Shown: positions 37,816 to 51,308 of the stretch, piece by piece
How positions within the stretch are numbered: position 1 is the stretch's first letter
Layout: the number at the start of each line of letters is the position of its first letter
NCBI RefSeq assembly: GCF_004010195.1
Contig: NC_057718.1
Coordinates: 32,686,486-32,749,245 of the forward strand
Source: Chiloscyllium plagiosum
Taxonomy: Eukaryota
Length of the DNA stretch: 62,760 bases
Direction: 5' to 3'
The notes under the pieces: model-generated
The model's database searches: none
What the model was told of the DNA's origin: nothing
Seen by the model: the letters and a program-made list of their open reading frames with translations, nothing else
Translations under genes and position numbers: made by a program

Positions 37816-38478
37816 GGCTGAATTTTACCAGCTTTTTAGGACAGGCTGGGAAACAGGAACGGGAACGGGTGGAGTGCCCATTGTCTTCTGATCTCCATGC
37901 CACCTTGGCAATGGCAGGAAAAGGGCCAGATGGATCATCCACCCAGTGCCCAGTTGAGCAATTTAAGTGACCAATTACGACCCCTTTGGCTTCTGCTATT
38001 ATTTTACCAGCGGTGCTGTGGTAACAGCTCAGTGGCAGATGTAGTCACTGCCTGTTAAACATTGGTGGAAAACCAGCATGTTGGGCTTTCATTGGTCCAT
38101 AAAGACAACCCCCAGCAGCATTGTACACCTACACAGAAATGGTTACATCCCTGGTAATGGTGCTGTATGCCTATGATACCCTTTCCCTCCATTCTGGATT
38201 GACTGTGCTTGGTGCCTCCAAACTCCAATTACCTGGCCTTGAAGGGGTGGGGCACAGCTATCGATGTGGCTGATTGCTGAGAATGCAAAGCTACTAACCC
38301 TGTAATTGAGTGGCAGCATTTGGGAGTGAATGACCATCCTTCTTTGATATGGTAGCCTGGCGTTGGCTACTTCATTGGCTGTTGCCAACAAACTGTGGCC
38401 CTGGGTTCCATGCCCACTGAAATGAATTGGCACCCCCCACAGCCCCACTTTTCCTGGGTCCTCTGTAAATTTCATCTC
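37816..38478. mobile_element. Possible decayed MITE (Harbinger-like)
   Basis: GC-richer block bounded by ggctgaatttta and taaatttcatct; imperfect TIRs. Confidence 0.3.
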
Positions 38479-39334
38479 ATTGTATTTGCTGTTGCTGCTA
38501 TAGCTAAAGGTGCAGCAGACAGGCAAACAAAACAAGGAGCAGCAAGTATCGATGAGAGCTACAGTTCATGTTTAATGCTGATTACTATTGAGGGGATCAG
38601 TAATAACATATTGTCTCAAGTGTTTTAGAAATGTTTGAGTCTGACAACGGAGTCTCAAATGAAGGAGGAGATCTGACAGCATTGCACAAAGTCTCCATTA
38701 TTTTTTATCCTCATGACTACAGTTATTGAAAACTAAATCTACTCAAGAATTTAAGGATTAGTAGATGCACAACTGGAAAAAAGTTGTAACCCAGTCCTTT
38801 TTGACTGTTAATAATAATGAACGATAATGATTTCATCTCGAGCTGTAGAAATGGTACTTGGTTTTCGATTCCATAGTTTTTCTGAACTACTCTGTAAAGT
38901 TCACCAACAATGAGCTCTCACCGAGTTTTTGTAGTGCGACTGTGATGAAGCTGAATGCTACTGCACTGTGGAATTTGGAAGATAACAGATAGCGTTCTCT
39001 TGATCATTGTCCAGTATATCTGCTAGAAAATATTATAAGTGCACCTAACAACAATATTTGGCTGAACTGTGATGTTTATAAATGACAGAATAGGCATTTG
39101 ACACTAATCTTTGAGTTCATGTAAGAAACTTCCCAGCATATATAATCAAGAAAAGGGAGATAACTTCAATAAAGTACATTTACCTATCATGCCAAGGTTT
39201 CTTGAACAGTTCTACAAAGCCCAAATGAGCCAAAGCTTGAACACTCTTTAACCTACAATATTCAACTTAATGTTCCAATTTCATGATTTTGAAGCTCCAA
39301 ATTTTGTATCTCAATTATTATTTTCAAATTTAAT

Positions 39335-39690
39335 AGACTCAAGAGTTACACAGCAAGGAATTAACTGAGCCTTTGGTCCAACCAGTCCATGCCAAACATA
39401 ATCCCAAACAAAACTAGTCCCTGGCCCATATCCCTCCAAACCTTTCCTATTTATGTACTTATCCAAATGTCTTTTAAATGTTGTAAATAGCACCCACATT
39501 CACCACTTCCTCAGGAAGTTCATTACACACACAAACCACTTTCCGTGTAAAAATATATACACCTCACGTCTTTTTAAAATTTTTCTCCTCTCAGCTTAAA
39601 AATGTGCCCCCTAGATTTGAAATCCCCCATCCTATGGAAAAGACAACTTTCATTAAACTCTATCTATACTCATTATTTTATAAACTTTCC
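39335..39690 (-). mobile_element. CR1-type LINE 3' end
   Basis: Minus strand encodes TTFKRHLDKYINRKGLEGYGP. Confidence 0.85.
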
Positions 39691-40687
39691 CTCTCAAAGC
39701 TTGAATTTGATCGGTGCTCATATTTGGACCCTCCACCACAATATCCCAGCAAAAAAATATGATTCCTGATATCAGCCATGTTGTAAAATACTATTTACTG
39801 TGCATTAAATGTTCAAGGAGAAACTATATTTAAACACAAACACTGTAAAAGTGCAGTTATACAAATGCATCAAAATAAACTTTGATATGTTCCAACTCAT
39901 AAATTATTGGCAATTAAAAGTAATTATAGAAAATAACTTCCGCATCAGAGATATAGCTCTGGAATACATAAAAGAAGGCCACAAACTATGTAACTTTAAT
40001 TTCCAACAGTAAATACAACTTAATGTTATAAATAAATTGAACTATTAACCTCCCACAACTGTGGCCTATTAATGCAAAATCGGGGTCAGAATCTGTTTGA
40101 AATCAGATTTTTGCATTTTTTTTACTGAAATAGTTTAACTTTGTATAGTCTGGAGATGGTGGAAAAGAGTGGAAGTAAAAAACAGTTTTTCACATCATAT
40201 GAGAACAGTCCTGTGCTGGAGTTTTTTTCCCAAAACCTGCTAAGCAGCAAGAAGGGAGAAAAAAACTCTGCCCAAACGTTCCCTCTAATGGTGTTCTTTC
40301 TTTAAATGTGTTTTTCATTTTGTAAAAAAAAATACAATTGAGAGAGATAACACATGGACTGGCTCAAATTGCTTTTATCCAAGTCAAACATCTCAGATGC
40401 AGTAAATAGATGTGGAATTCTTTGTCTATTTTTTTTCCTTCCCTATATTGTCCTAAAAAGGTTTTCACAGTCTGCAGATAAAAGGCTTTCAAGTAACAAA
40501 TAGAAACAGTTAAATATAGCAAGCAGAAAAAAAAGAGTGCACTTCACTAAAACATGAGTTTAAGATAATCCAGAAAAATGACAAAACACATCAATAGGCA
40601 GTTTCTTAAACCATAGTTAACCCATTCTGAAAAAGCATCAAATCTGTAGTCACTGATGAGAGGTTTCCTGTGCAGCAGGTACATTGT

Positions 40688-41441
40688 GGACTGTATTTTC
40701 CCAGCTCAGAAGTGACTAGCATGGAGGGGAGGGGCAGGGATTGCATTGGGGTAGATATTCCCTGCTGCAGGAAAATTTCCCAAGGTCAGCTCAGCAAACA
40801 GATTGGCTGTCCCCATCAAGGAGGCAAGGCGTCAAATTAAGGATCATTCTGCAGTGCCAGTGGAATTTAGCTTGGTCGACTGTCCACCTCGACTGCATCA
40901 ATGGCCACCAGCTCCCTATGGATGCAACTTCCCTGTGGTGGGCTGGCAGTCCATTGGAGCCATGTCCCAAAAATGGGATCCCCAGCAGGAAAAGCTGTAC
41001 CTGTGATCCAAGCCAGAGTCAGTGGGGGAGACCGCTGAAAATTTGACTTAATTGGTTGCTGACAAGAAGCCATGGCCTCCCACTTGTCTCTTGTGATGTA
41101 GCTCCAAAAGCTCCAACAACCTGACAGAGCCATGACTTGGCTGGCACCATCGGGAGCTGAGCTGCCCTTCTTTATAGGTGTGCATGGAGACAGCCAAGTA
41201 AAAGGGCACTGGATGATTATTTAGATAAATGTAATACATTAGTGCATGAGAAGAGAGCAGGAGATTGGCACAAAATAAAACTCTTCATTTAAGAAGCCAG
41301 TGCAGGCTAAACGGCTTCCTCTGTGCCATTTTACTTCTGTGATTTGATGGTTCTTCCATTGAGGGAGGTTGCCTCCAGGAATGAACCCGCATTTTTTCCC
41401 GGAGCTCTGCGACCCGCACAGCCTATGGGAAAATCTTGTCT
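40688..41441. mobile_element. Possible decayed MITE (Harbinger-like)
   Basis: GC-richer block bounded by ggactgtattttccc and gggaaaatcttgtct (imperfect TIRs). Confidence 0.35.
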
Positions 41442-43959
41442 AAGAACTTTAATGCAGTCTTATGTACAAAAAAAAATCATATTAACAACTTCCATACTAT
41501 TTTAATCAAAACAACCACAGCTCCAAATAGAAGATAAGAGTTGAAGGAGCATGGATCTAAGTTTCAAACAGGCATCACTGGACTCAGTTATCTCTGTTTC
41601 TCTCTCTGCAAATGCTGCTCAATTTCTCCAGCATTTCCTGTTTTTCTTTCATTGAACCCAGCATTCATTTGCCATTGGAAGTATAATAATTTCAGAAACT
41701 CTGATTTAAAACAAAACCAAGGCTTCTGGTCTGTTTCCAACAACTGGAACTGCACTTTAATTTCCTGATATTAAAATTACTGTAGTTACAGAGGCAGAGT
41801 AGGAGAATGCCATGACTACACTGAAAAATATTGTTTTGATAAAAATCCCCACCAGCGGTATTTGCTTTTTTCTCTCATAATAAAAAGTACTACAGCAGCA
41901 AGTGTCCTTCTGAAGGTACCGCAGTTGTGTAACATTGAAAAATGAACAGCTTGAATCCTTGGGCCATATTTTGGCCACCACTTTCTCCCTTTTAACAGTG
42001 AAACACTTTCTTTTTTAAAAACAGAATGTTTTTACCAGAAGCAGTGAGAAATCATTAAGGTATAAGCTTGTTTCAAATCCAGATAACAGAGATAGCACTA
42101 AGAAGGAAGCAGGAAAGAAACACCTTCCCTAAATCATGAAACCTTACCTTCGAAACCTTACCCTTATTGTAGCTTTTTGCAAGCGCAGATTTAAATTGTG
42201 TTTGCTCAAATGTTTGAAATAATTGTCTCAATTAAATTACATTCCAAGCAGCAGATCCAGCATAATTTGAACAATTCACAAAAACCTTAAACAATTTGAA
42301 CAATTTATACATCGATAGCATACCTCACTTAAAGAGGAATTGCCTCAAAATGTTTCCAAGTGGGGAGAAAGAAAAGGAGCAGAAATAGAAAAAAGATAAA
42401 AGCCACAATCAAAGAGAACAGTTTTTAAGGAACTCCAAAAAAAAAGGTAGGATGCAAAAAGGGGACAAAACAAAAGGATATACAGAAGTTCTAAGAACAA
42501 GGAGAAATCTGATGCTGAAAAAGCAGATAACATGCGTGTTTATGTATACCCACAGGAAAGCACTTATAGGCAAGACAAAGAGAGGTCTATAAACAGGGAT
42601 GAAGATACTTAAATGAAATGTCTCAACTGACTTTAACAGAGGGGGAAAAAAATCATAAGAGTCCACAGCTTTGAGGAGTGGAAGAGGAGAGTGACAATAT
42701 TTAAATAAAGTGCAGCATGAGGAGGTGGCAAAGGTTAAATTTCAGCAGGACTGGAAAGCCAGGAGTAGACATAAACAATGCATCAGCGATGAAAGAAAGC
42801 ATCTTTGCAAATTGAATGTACAGAAGGAAGTTCAACTTAGCATGAAGAAGAAAACAAGTTCTGCCACTCCAGACTTAAGGCATGGAAGTTGGGCAGAGCT
42901 GAGGCAAGCAATTTGTACTTAGATGAAAATACTTTATTAAAAATGAAATTGAAAGAAAGTTTGTTTATAATAGCAGGCAGATGGAGAATGTATGGTGACA
43001 TGGAAACACCACTGGAGTTGGAAGGGCAAAACTTAGTATTGTCAGCAAGCTGGTAAATCCAGTTCCTGTCCTTATAAATATATTGGCAAGAAGTTGCATA
43101 CAGAATTTTAAAAAAGGAACAGTCCTGGCATATAGAGAGCCCAGAAGGAAAAAACAAAATCAGTAAATCACGTGAATGACAGATGCTTCAAAATGGAGCT
43201 CCTATATGACCAGTACATTAATTTCCAAGTATTACTGTTCCTTTCCTCTTGGAGGGTCATATGGAGAAGGGCAATGAACTGATTAAAACATTGAATACCT
43301 CTTTGTGGTAATAGATGGAACAATAGATAGGAGATAGCAGTGCTACAGACATAAAAAACAGATAAAGTAATGGATATTGTTATAGATGTCAGAAATGTTG
43401 GAAGGAATGAGTAATGATAACAAACCCTAAACAGTCAAAAAAGGATGCTATTTGCAACTTTAATCAATGTACACTCAGTGAAACAGGAAAATAGGTTGGA
43501 TTGTCTTGACTTAGGACTATTTAGGACTACACTTTTAGTGCAACATATTCCAGAACTTGAGAAATACCATTGAAGGAAATTAAATGTTTGCGGGTGTTGT
43601 GTTAGGACAAAAGTGATTATAATGAATTCAAAAGATGTAGAAATAGTGCCCAAGAATAAAACAAGTTAATGACCCCAGCAGACATAGAGATAAAGATAAA
43701 AATTAAAATTGGATGGGAGGGAATTGCGAAAGCTGGGTATATGGAAAGAGTGTATAGATAAACTGGTGACTTGAAGTGGTGGTGTAGGCTGGTAATTAGC
43801 AACAATTAATTAAGATGGTAATTAGTGTGTAAGGGAAAGTAAATGGTGCAAAAGAGAAAAACCTAGCAATGGATGAGAAGAGTTTAAGTTATACCTGCTG
43901 CCTAGGATTTTGCAAGGTTTTTTTTTGCCATTGCTTGTAGGTGTCACAGGCAAAATCGC

Positions 43960-45845
43960 CATGAGATATAGGAGTAGAGTTAGGCTATTCAGCCCTTTCA
44001 GTCTGCTCCACCATTCAATCATGGCTAATGTGTTTCTCAACCCCATTCCTTGCCTTCTACCCATAACCCTTGATCCCTTACTAATCAACAACCTATATAT
44101 CTTTGTCTTACAAGTACAATCAATCATTTGTCCACCATAACCTTCAGCAGCAATTACATAGCAGATTCACTATCCTCTGGCTGAAGAAATTCCTCCTCAT
44201 CTCAGTTCTAAAGGTTGAGTCTCCATTGAGAGATTGTGCTCTCATGTCCTAGTCTCTCCGACTGGTGGAAATGTCTTCTCCATGCCCACTCTATCCAGGC
44301 CTCTCAGTATTCTGGAAGGTTCAATCAGACCCCACCACATCCTTCAAAACTCCATCAAGCACAGACACAAAGACCTCAACCAGTCCTCATATGTCAAGCC
44401 TTAATCCCTGGAATCATTCTTGTAAGCCTCCTCTGGACCCCCTCAAAGGCCAGCACATCCTTCCTTACACCTGTGACCCAAAACGGATAGCAATATTCCA
44501 AATGCTGTTTGAACAGAGCCTTATACAGCCTCAGCAATATACCTTTGGTCTTGTATTCTAGCCTTCTCAAAACGAATGCTAACATTGCATTTGCCTTCCT
44601 AACGGCCAACTGAACATACATGTTAACCTTAAAAGAATACTGACCTAGGACACTCAAGTTCCTTTTTGTTTCAGATTTCTGAAGCCTTTCCCCATTTATA
44701 AAATAATTCATACCTCTATTCTTCCTACCAAAGTGCAGAACCTCACACTCTCCCACATTGTATTCCATCTGCCACTTCTTTCCCCACTCTGCAGAATTGT
44801 CCAGGTTCTTCTGCAGCTCTCCCCCACCCTCCAGTTTCCTCGGCACTATCCGCCGTTCACCTATTTTTGAATCATCTGCAAAGTTAGCAACAATGTTCCT
44901 TTTTCCAGATTGTTCATGTAGAACTTGAATAGTTGTGGTCCCAACATGAACCCCTGCATAACTCTGATTCATCAGCTGCCATCTTGAAAAAAGACCCATT
45001 AGCCCCATTCTCTGCCTTCTTCCCGTCAGCCAATCCTCAATCCATGCCATTACCTTGCCCCTAACACCATGGGCTCTTATTTTAATTAGCAGCCTCCTGT
45101 GTGGCACTTTGTCAAATACCGTCTGGGAATCCAAATAGATCACATCCAGTGGTTCTCTTTTGTCTAACTTGCTCATTGCCTCCACAAAAAAACTAACAGG
45201 TTGTCTGGCATGACCTCCCCTTGGCAAAGCCATGGTAGCTCAGCTCTATTTTACCATACACTTTCAAGTACTCTTCAATCTCACCCTTAATAATAGACTC
45301 TAAAATCTTACCAATGACCAAGGTCAAACTAACCAGCATAGAGTTTCCTGTCTTTCACCTCCTTCTCTGCTTAAACAGGAGAGTCACATTAGCCATTTTA
45401 CAGTCCTCTGGGTCCCTCCCTGACTCTAGTAATTCCTGAAAGATCATTACCAATGCCTTTACAATCTCCTCAGCTATATGCTTCAGAACATCTGGTCTGG
45501 ATGATTTACCCAAATTCAGACCTTTCAGCTTACCCAGCACCATTCCTGATCTACACTCATCTCTGCTCCTGATTCTCAAAGTTCTGGTATGCTACTTGTA
45601 TTTTCCACCGTGAAGACTGATTCAAATTTGCTCTGCAATTTCTTTGTTCCCCATTACTACTTCTCCAGTCTCAGCTTTCAGTGATCCAATACCCACTCTT
45701 GTCTCTGTCTTACCTTTCATATGCCTATTGAGATTTTCTTTTCCATTACTAGTTGCTTAACCTCATATTTCATCTCCTCCGCTCTTATTGCTTTTTTTAA
45801 GTTATCCTCTACTGGTTTTTAAAGGCTTGCCAATCCTCTAGCCAT
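43960..45845 (-). mobile_element. Decayed CR1-type LINE with RT domain
   Basis: 279-aa ORF 44394-45233: DVIYLDSQTVFDKVPHRRLL, NFADDSK, LYKALFKQHLEYC; upstream GKSSRPD and ANVTLLFK. Confidence 0.92.
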
Positions 45846-45994
45846 TTCAGGGGATATTTAGAAATCAACCATAGTGAGGTTGGCTGGAGTGACAAATGGA
45901 CATGAATGTGTAAAATTGACACGTTTCCTTTCAAGTGCATTTTTAAGACATTTGTATAGTTTCCTGGTCACCATTACATTTATAGATTTTTATA

Positions 45995-46370
45995 TGTGAC
46001 CTCATAGAGGTTTATAAAATCATGAGGAACATGGATAGATAAATAGACAAGATCTTTTCCCTGGGGTGTGGGAATCCAGAAATAGAAGTCATAGGTTTAG
46101 GGTGAGAGGGGAAAGATTTAAAAGGGACCTAAGGGGTAACATTTTCTTGCAAAGGGTGGTGTGTGTATGGAATGAGCTGCCAGATGAAGTGGTGGATGCT
46201 GGTACAATTACAACATTTAAAAGGCATCTGGATGGGTATATGAATAGGAAGGGTTTAGAGGGATATGGACCAAGTGCTGGCGAATGGAACTAGATTAATT
46301 TAGGATAGCTGGTTGGCATGGACAAGTTGGACCGAAGAGTCTGTTTCTGTGCTGTACATCACTATGACTA
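45995..46370 (+). mobile_element. CR1-type LINE 3' end
   Basis: Encodes FKRDLRGNIFLQRVVCVWNELPDEVVDAGTITTFKRHLD, followed by the tail. Confidence 0.9.
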
Positions 46371-47914
46371 ACTAGTTGCCATGGTCGAATTTGAACCAAA
46401 GTCAGTAGATCATTTGACTCATATCTGGATGACTAGTTCAATGATATAACCACAATGTTACATGCTCTTGTTTGAGGACATCAAGCCAGATCTGGCGCTG
46501 AACAACCAGGCTAATGACTGTTCCCTAATTAATTCAAGCCATTGACAAATGGATTTAAGACCGTGGTGGTGTCTACTGCTGGGGAACAGTGGAAGTGAGA
46601 AATTCCTCATGATAAAATGGAAACAAATGTGTTGGAAGTGAGTCATAGACATTTATTGATTAGATCAGTGAAGGTTATTAATATTACTGCACCTAAAAAG
46701 GACAAAATAGTTAGCATATGAGTTGAGAGAAACCTGAGTGACATTGTTGATTTTTTTTCCCCAAGGATAGAAGTTAACAAGAGAATAGTTTGATGTAGGC
46801 AATGTGACATTTCGGAAAAAGAAACTCAGGAAAATGAAGAAAATTCTTGTCTTCAGCAGTCAAAAAGTCTGAAGTGTGAGTATAAAGTCATTCATGGGCA
46901 GAGTTAATCAATGTGGAGAGTAAGAACAAAGCAAATGAACACTTAGTCCTGAGAACAAGTTTGGGGGTGTGTGTGTGTGGGGGGGGGGGGGTGGATTGCA
47001 GCTGGACAGTAAAAATTTCCCTATCACCAACTATTTTCCAAACCATAATTAATTTAAATTAAAGAAATATAACTGAAAGATACCAATCTCTTCAAAATGT
47101 ACCCTGGACCATAAATATCAGGGTGACCAACTGTTGTAGAGTAAAGTTGGGGTCAGCTGGGGTGAGGGCGGGGTGTCAGTCCTTGAGGTCAAGCAGTGTT
47201 TCAGTCCTGTTTCTTGAGTCCATAGTAGACTAAAACTTCCATTTATCTTGATGAGTCAATATTATCACATCTCTGCTGGCTGACTCATTCACTTGCAGTC
47301 CCATTCCAATCAATTAAACTCACCCTGGAGACTTCTCCAGGCTGTGCTGGAAAAAAGCCAACCCTTTGGGGGGGGCCAGAGGACGATCAAAAGAAAGAAC
47401 AATCCACTGAAATAGGAGACCCTTGGTTACCCTGATGCATATACATTTTATCTAGGTCAAACATAACCAAAAATACCATTAACAAATAACTGGAATATAG
47501 TGTGGCAATAAAAAATTTAATCAAGTTTTGTTTTTTTTTAAAAGTAGTCCACTTATACTTTAGAACAGTCTTAATTCAAGGTCTCTCTGCTCCCCACCCC
47601 CATATTTCACATTTTCAACATTTAATTATTTTTAACGTCCTGTCACCTAATGATTCAGTATATATTATTTTTAAATCATTATGTTAGAACATGCTGTAGC
47701 ACGCCTCCGTGTGTAGGCTGGGCTTAAACCCCGAGGTAGATACACTGCCTCAGTGCAATAAGAAGCCTGATGTCAGCAACTATTTGCTACATCTCCAGTA
47801 TTCCAAAGCACCTTCCAGGATTGCTCGAGATACATGTGATCTCAAACATTCTCATTCCAGCCCAGTTATCAAGGAAATTGGCATTATCTGACACTGTCCA
47901 GATGAAATTCCTAC

Positions 47915-48420
47915 CTGGGCACAAGACCGTTGACTGTCGCTCAGAAGGAATGTCCTGTGTCTCCTAATTTCCTTCCTGTCGCCTCCGGCACCGATGTTCC
48001 TTGGGGAAAGCGAGCAGAGATTTGGCTTCCCCACTTGTCTCCCTGATTCCACCGCCTGTGCCATCGGCGTATCCAACAACAGCAGTTGACTTCCCTCACT
48101 CCCAGCTTCTCGCTCACTGCACACTGTCTTTCTCAGATGCTTCACGCTGTTGAAGTCAGGGGGCAGGCAGAGCGTACGTGCGGTTTCGGAGTCAGGCGTT
48201 TTTTTTTGGTGGCTTGAATTCATGAGAGTACGTGAGGGAGTGCAGACTTTCCTGCCGCACGCATGCTTTAACAATTAACAGTCTTATAATGTATTCGCAA
48301 CCACAAGTCTAAGTGGGTCTCTTTTTGTGTGTGGATGTGTTGGCGTGCGCCTACCGTTTGGAGTGTACACAGCTGTGGTCTTATTTGTGGAAACAAGTCC
48401 TGCTTTTAGCGCAGGAAGTA
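47915..48420 (-). promoter_or_regulatory. CpG-enriched promoter-like region with candidate minus-strand first exon
   Basis: About 24 CpGs in ~490 bp against a CpG-poor background; ETS CAGGAAGT 48412-48419, RUNX TGTGGT 48374 and AACCACA 48299, minus-strand TATAAG near 48283-48288, splice donor CAG|GTAGGA at 47915/47914. Confidence 0.5.
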
Positions 48421-48714
48421 AAAAGGTTTGTTTTGTAAAATCGTGTTTGTAGAGATATTCTCAACACCTGGTCAAAAGATCTTCCAGGGAAGTAGCCATA
48501 CATTTAATCAACCAGTTCAGATGTGTTATGACATACCTCTGGAACAAATGGGACTAGGGATATTACCATTGCAACTCAATAGCCCCAAGTGAAGCATAGA
48601 CTAAATTAAATTGACAGCTGGAGGTGGAGATGGGTTTTATGTAAGTGCAGTTTTACTACATAAACAGTGCAAGGGTTTACTACCGCTGCATAATCTCACA
48701 GAGGTCTCAAAAAA

Positions 48715-48812
48715 TTCAATTTGTTCAGACTCATCTTTGAGAATAGGTGAGATTTGAACCTGAAGTTGCTGGCCCAGAAGGGGTCTGACTACCACTGCAC
48801 CACAAGAGCCTC
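48715..48812 (-). mobile_element. Short tRNA-derived SINE (third family)
   Basis: Minus strand ggctcttgtggtgcagtggtagtc...caggttcaaatctc...tctgaaca. Confidence 0.55.
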
Positions 48813-49309
48813 TATCAAAGTACACAAATTTTATTTAACAAATTGCATATTCACAACCTATAGGTAGGGCTGCTGGCCCAAACCACTAGACCATTCTCCT
48901 AACCTTCCAAAAACACCGCATCTACCCGCAAACCAGCAAGTGGCCATGCAGTTATACTGCATCGCCTTCCCATTTCAGGCTGGAAGTGGATAGGGGGTTA
49001 TAAGTGAAGTCCTGAAGTTAAAACACCCCAGGCATAAAGCTTGAGTCAACAAAAATGTGTTGTTGTCACCATGTATCCAAAACCCACTGATATCAAAACC
49101 AGCCCTGAAGTCTCTTACTTTAATTTGAATTTTAAATTTTAGTTTGTTTTGTTTTAATTCTATTTCTTCAACTAAAATTATTCAAAAAGCATTCAAAAGG
49201 ATTTTAAAAGGCCACACAGGAAATTGATACTTAAAATCATGGGACCTGGCTAACATATAGGTATATCAGACAGAAAATGAAGTGTAGTTAACTACAGGAT
49301 GACATAGTG

Positions 49310-50140
49310 TAATTTGCAGAGTTTGCAGGTCTACTGATAGTATAATACTCGTGGGAAAGTAGGTTGTGAGGATGATGCATAAAGGTTGTCAAGGATTGTA
49401 GACTGCTTAAGTGATTGTTCAAGAAGTTGCCAGAGGAGGTATAGTGTGGGCAGGTCTGAAACTCTCCAGTGGGAATATGGAAAAGCAGGAGATTTTTTTA
49501 AGTGAAAGACTGGTAAACAATGGAGATGAGTGAAATTTCAGTATCCTTCTATCAGGGAAAGTTAACATGATGGCAATGAATTAGGATGCCAAATGGTGTT
49601 TTAGACTTCATTGCAAAGAAGTTGCAATATAAGAGTCTTCCTGCACTTAGACCTTTGATACAACCACAGAGTATTGTTACAGCTTTGGTCTTATCATTTG
49701 CAAGGAATGATATATGCTCCTTAGAGGTGATTAAAACATTAGCAAATTTGATTTATAAGTTGAGAGGGTGGTTCTACTGCAGACAAATTAAGTAGGACAG
49801 TCCTATGTTCACTGTAGCTGAGCAGAATGAGAGAAAAACTGCTTAGAGGGTTGAACAGAGGAAATCCTGAGACTCTGATTCCCCTTTAGATTGAAAACCA
49901 TAGTGACAGGGTATAGAGATGTCTACATATGACTGCAATGAGAAATTCACAGAGGAAGGTTGTGAATTGTTAGAATTCTCCATCCCAGAAGTTATCAGAT
50001 AATTATATTCATAATCCAGGATGACAGATGTTTGGGGATAGATCAAGTAGTTTTGGTCACAGTTTGGGAAAGTGGAGTTGATATAAAGGCCTACAACATT
50101 ATTAAATCATGGTATAATGTATTTGGCCAACTCCAATTTT
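49310..50140 (+). mobile_element. Highly decayed CR1-type LINE 3' region
   Basis: Degenerate RT C-terminal region (aagtttgcag..., NGVLDFIAKKLQYKS) and tail. Confidence 0.55.
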
Positions 50141-50385
50141 TATCTTTTTAATAAAGAAACATCCCACCAAATTTATAAATCATCCAAAATCGAAGTATAA
50201 GCATTGCCGACCTTAGGCAGCTTCACCAATTTATGGTCTTATTTTCCCTGATTATGACATTTGTTCTTGATGATTAGATTAGTGTCTAATTATTAGCCAC
50301 TAAGCAGCCTTAAACCACAGCTCCATATTCCTATGTGCCTTCCAGCTGCAATCAGTTCCTATTGCCAGGTAAAGAATATCTGGGA

Positions 50386-50704
50386 TGGCGCATGGTGGCT
50401 CAGTGGTTAGTACTACTGCCTCACAGCACCAGGGACCCAGGTTTGATTCCAGCCTCAGGCAACTGCCTATGTGAAATGTGCACATTCTCCCTGTGTATGT
50501 GTGGGTTTCCTCTGGACGCTGTGGTTTCCTCCCACAGTCCAAAGATGTGCCGGTCAGGTGAATTAGCCATACTAAATTGCCCATAGTGTTAGGTGCATTA
50601 GTCAGAGGGAAATGGGTCTGGGTGGGTTACTCTTCGGAGGGTCACTGTGGACTTGTTGAGCCAAAGGGCCTGTTTCCACACTGTAGGGAATCTAACCTAA
50701 TCTG
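50386..50704 (+). mobile_element. HE1-like V-SINE (near full length)
   Basis: A box tggctcagtgg, B-box-like ggtttgattcc, V-domain, tail gggaatctaacctaatct. Confidence 0.92.
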
Positions 50705-50889
50705 TAACAGTGTCCTCTGCCATCTGGGCTTTTTAAAAATGAAAGACTAAATTAGCTATTGTGTTCATTGAACTTCTTTATTTTATGCCTTTGTTTCCTC
50801 AAAACTTAACTGTTCCATCACACTCCTAGCTAGTCTTCCATATTTTACCCTCTGTATGCCTCAAGTTATCAAAAATTCTACTACATGTG

Positions 50890-51308
50890 TCCAAACTCTC
50901 ACCAAGTCCTGTTTAACCATAACCGTTGCCTCTCAGTTAAGTAATGCCTTAATACTATTAGACCATAAGATGTAAGAGCAGATCTAGTCCATTTAGCCCA
51001 TTTTGTTACCTGCTTTAGACTCTCCAAATGTCAGCACACCTTTAATCCTTGAGTATCCCAGAACATAACTGATGGCCATGCCTTCTGGGGTATAAGACCC
51101 GAATCTTCCCATACCTCTCCACCTTTCTATCTCCCTTTCATCCTTTAAGATGCCTCTGTAAAAGTTCCCCTTTACTGAGATTCTGGTCATCTGACCTAAT
51201 TTCTTTTGTGGCCATGATGTCATATTTTATTTTATAGTGTTCCTGCTTCGTTGTTAGGGATGCTTCATCCTGTTAAAAGTGTAATATAAGTACAAGTTAT
51301 TGTTGTTG
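50890..51308 (+). mobile_element. L2-type LINE 3' end (decayed)
   Basis: ggccatgccttc...cctttaagatgcc...atataagtacaagttattgttgttg tail. Confidence 0.5.

Noticed and set aside
38921..39022. Minus-strand exon-like segment that could follow the 48-kb first exon
   Set aside because: Only one frame is open and the peptide is unrecognisable.
50386..50460. tRNA gene-like A/B boxes (also at 10945, 15547 and 57759)
   Set aside because: These are SINE heads that continue into the V-domain, not cloverleaf tRNA genes.
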